This document shows, in pieces, positions 55,457 through 56,891 of a stretch of DNA of 56,891 nucleotides (positions are counted from its first letter, which is position 1; each line of letters opens with the position of its first letter). The position numbers and the translations under genes are program-made. The notes below the pieces were generated by a model that was not told where the DNA came from, searched no databases, and worked only from the letters and a program-made list of their open reading frames with translations. Origin of the DNA: a virus. Its lineage: Duplodnaviria > Caudoviricetes. The stretch covers positions 1 to 56,891 of the IMG/VR virus record IMGVR_UViG_3300024261_000036; one strand, written 5' to 3'.

Positions 55457-55549
55457 AGTGGAGCATGTTTATTGTGGGTGACACTCGTTTTCATGCCTCT
55501 CTCTTTTCTGTGTTTGGCCCCACCTGAGTTAATCGGGTGGGGTTTTTTT
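55457..55549 (+). ncRNA. Candidate ~90-nt small RNA
   Basis: Bounded by a promoter and an intrinsic terminator; no credible plus-strand ORF; carries a pyrimidine-rich anti-start/anti-RBS tract. Confidence 0.5.
55518..55549 (+). terminator. Rho-independent terminator
   Basis: CCCCACCTGA-gttaa-TCGGGTGGGG 10-bp stem (one G-U pair) followed by T7. Confidence 0.9.
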
Positions 55550-55645
55550 ATTGCGGTGTTCTTGCTCCAGGTTTACGGTGTGCGCTCGCGCCCCTGGTCC
55601 GCATTAACTTAGGAGTGGGTTCTAGATTTACGCGGGCCATGGGCA

Positions 55646-56812
55646 TCAAGCATCTAGCTGCCCGATGCATCCTTTTTCCTCATCTATGATATAAGCCGAC
55701 AGCACACGCTTGCTGCCCACAAACCCCTTACGACTGTGCCAGCGGTCTGTCCCGGATAGACTCCCCATCTGGTACATCATCACACCTTTGTGTTCCTTGA
55801 CCTGCTGGTGGTGCAAATGCCCCGAGAAGACCATCCGGTGTTCTGCCTCACCCCATTCTTGCGCAGCCTCATACGCCATGATGCCTGGGATATCCGTACT
55901 CCTGGCGCTGTCACCATGGGTCACGCAAATCAGGCTATTGCCATAAGTCACGTACTGCCGCTCCGCAGGAGTCGTGGTTGTGGTCACGCCTTCCGTATCC
56001 TTATACATATGCGTCAGCAGAGTCATCAGCCCCAGACTGGATGTCCGGTCATGGTTACCCGGCATGAATATCAAGTTGATGCTAGGGCAAAAAGACCGCA
56101 GCATCTCCACGAAATCCACAAAGAGCTGGCAGCCTTCAGAGAAAATCTGCGCATAGCTGCCATCCGTATCCTGTGGCGTACCCGCAGTTGTGGTCCCGCC
56201 ATCCGTATCAATGTGGAACCAGTCTGAACCAACCCCAACATACATCACATCCGGCTGACCATACTTGGCAACCAAACTCAGCAGGTCATCCGTCCGCTGC
56301 ATCAGCAGCGTTCTTGCCTCATCCCGCGAATAGCCCGTGTTCGTCTCAACCGACCACCCGTATTTCCCATAATGAAAATCAGTCGGCGTACAGAAAACCG
56401 CAAATGGATCTTGGTCCTTCTTCAGCTTCAGCTTCGGGAGCCTGGGCGGTGCCTCTATCTGGATATCCTGTATCGGCAGCCGGTCACCCTCAATCGCACG
56501 GATATGCCTATATATCCAGCCCTCGATTATACGGGGCCGTCGCTTATCCGTCTTCAACACATAAACATCGCGGGGAGCATCATAGTAACCCTTGTCAGCC
56601 TTGTGCGCCTCGTTCCGCTCATCGTCTTCATGCAGAGCCTCGATGTCATCAAGGACAGACTCCCTCGCATTGTCATCTACATAGTACAGATAAGCCCCAT
56701 ACAAAGTGTCCCACTTGCGCTCAACCGTGCCCCTGCGCCCACGTTTGCGTAATGCCTCCGGGGAAGATATCCCCAAAAGACGCGAGGCCTCCGGTGCCTT
56801 GTGCCATGCCAT
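55646..56812 (-). CDS. Calcineurin-like metallophosphoesterase with N-terminal HTH-like segment
   Basis: TDFHYGK, GSDWFH, PGNHD, THGD, SGHLHH. Confidence 0.88.
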   Translation of the reverse strand: MAWHKAPEASRLLGISSPEALRKRGRRGTVERKWDTLYGAYLYYVDDNARESVLDDIEALHEDDERNEAHKADKGYYDAPRDVYVLKTDKRRPRIIEGWIYRHIRAIEGDRLPIQDIQIEAPPRLPKLKLKKDQDPFAVFCTPTDFHYGKYGWSVETNTGYSRDEARTLLMQRTDDLLSLVAKYGQPDVMYVGVGSDWFHIDTDGGTTTAGTPQDTDGSYAQIFSEGCQLFVDFVEMLRSFCPSINLIFMPGNHDRTSSLGLMTLLTHMYKDTEGVTTTTTPAERQYVTYGNSLICVTHGDSARSTDIPGIMAYEAAQEWGEAEHRMVFSGHLHHQQVKEHKGVMMYQMGSLSGTDRWHSRKGFVGSKRVLSAYIIDEEKGCIGQLDA

Positions 56813-56891
56813 ATCATGTATCCTCTGGGTTAATCACCGCAGACTCAATGACGTTCAAACATTGGGCAGGCGTGCGCTCCGGGAAAGACAG
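56766..56891. repeat. Terminal overlap, copy 2 (identical to 23..148)
   Basis: Direct comparison of the two contig ends. Confidence 0.95.

Noticed and set aside
1-56891. Genome-wide stop codon reassignment or tRNA genes
   Set aside because: Conserved genes are intact under the standard code and all three stop codons are used; I saw no cloverleaf with T-loop and acceptor stem, though a tRNA scan was not run.

Overview
This window is an essentially complete, circularly permuted genome of a tailed dsDNA phage. A 126-bp terminal overlap implies a circle of about 56.7 kb. The phage has siphovirus architecture, with an HK97-type portal, protease and capsid, a ~2050-aa tape measure protein and a very large tail-tip/adhesin module. 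Replication is lambda-like: an initiator gene containing four palindromic iterons and an AT-rich tract, plus a DnaC-like loader. It also encodes YqaJ/RecT-like recombination genes, a RuvC-like resolvase, SSB, dUTPase, SNF2 and UvrD helicases, a Dam-family methyltransferase, a Gp88-family protein, a metallophosphoesterase, and an amidase endolysin with a holin. I saw no integrase, repressor, DNA polymerase, tRNA, CRISPR array or reverse transcriptase. The most unusual signals are non-coding. (1) A ~700-bp dense array of short motifs abuts the terminase small subunit gene, and one motif (TTGCCGT) recurs 2.2 kb away beside a C10G10 palindrome, bracketing a small operon. (2) A ~90-nt RNA delimited by a promoter and terminator is complementary to the shared ribosome-binding leaders of that same operon, which begins with a 23-aa membrane peptide. 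(3) A multi-hairpin leader precedes the major tail gene. (4) A structured early leader carries minigenes. Functional calls come from motif recognition by eye, not from database searches.
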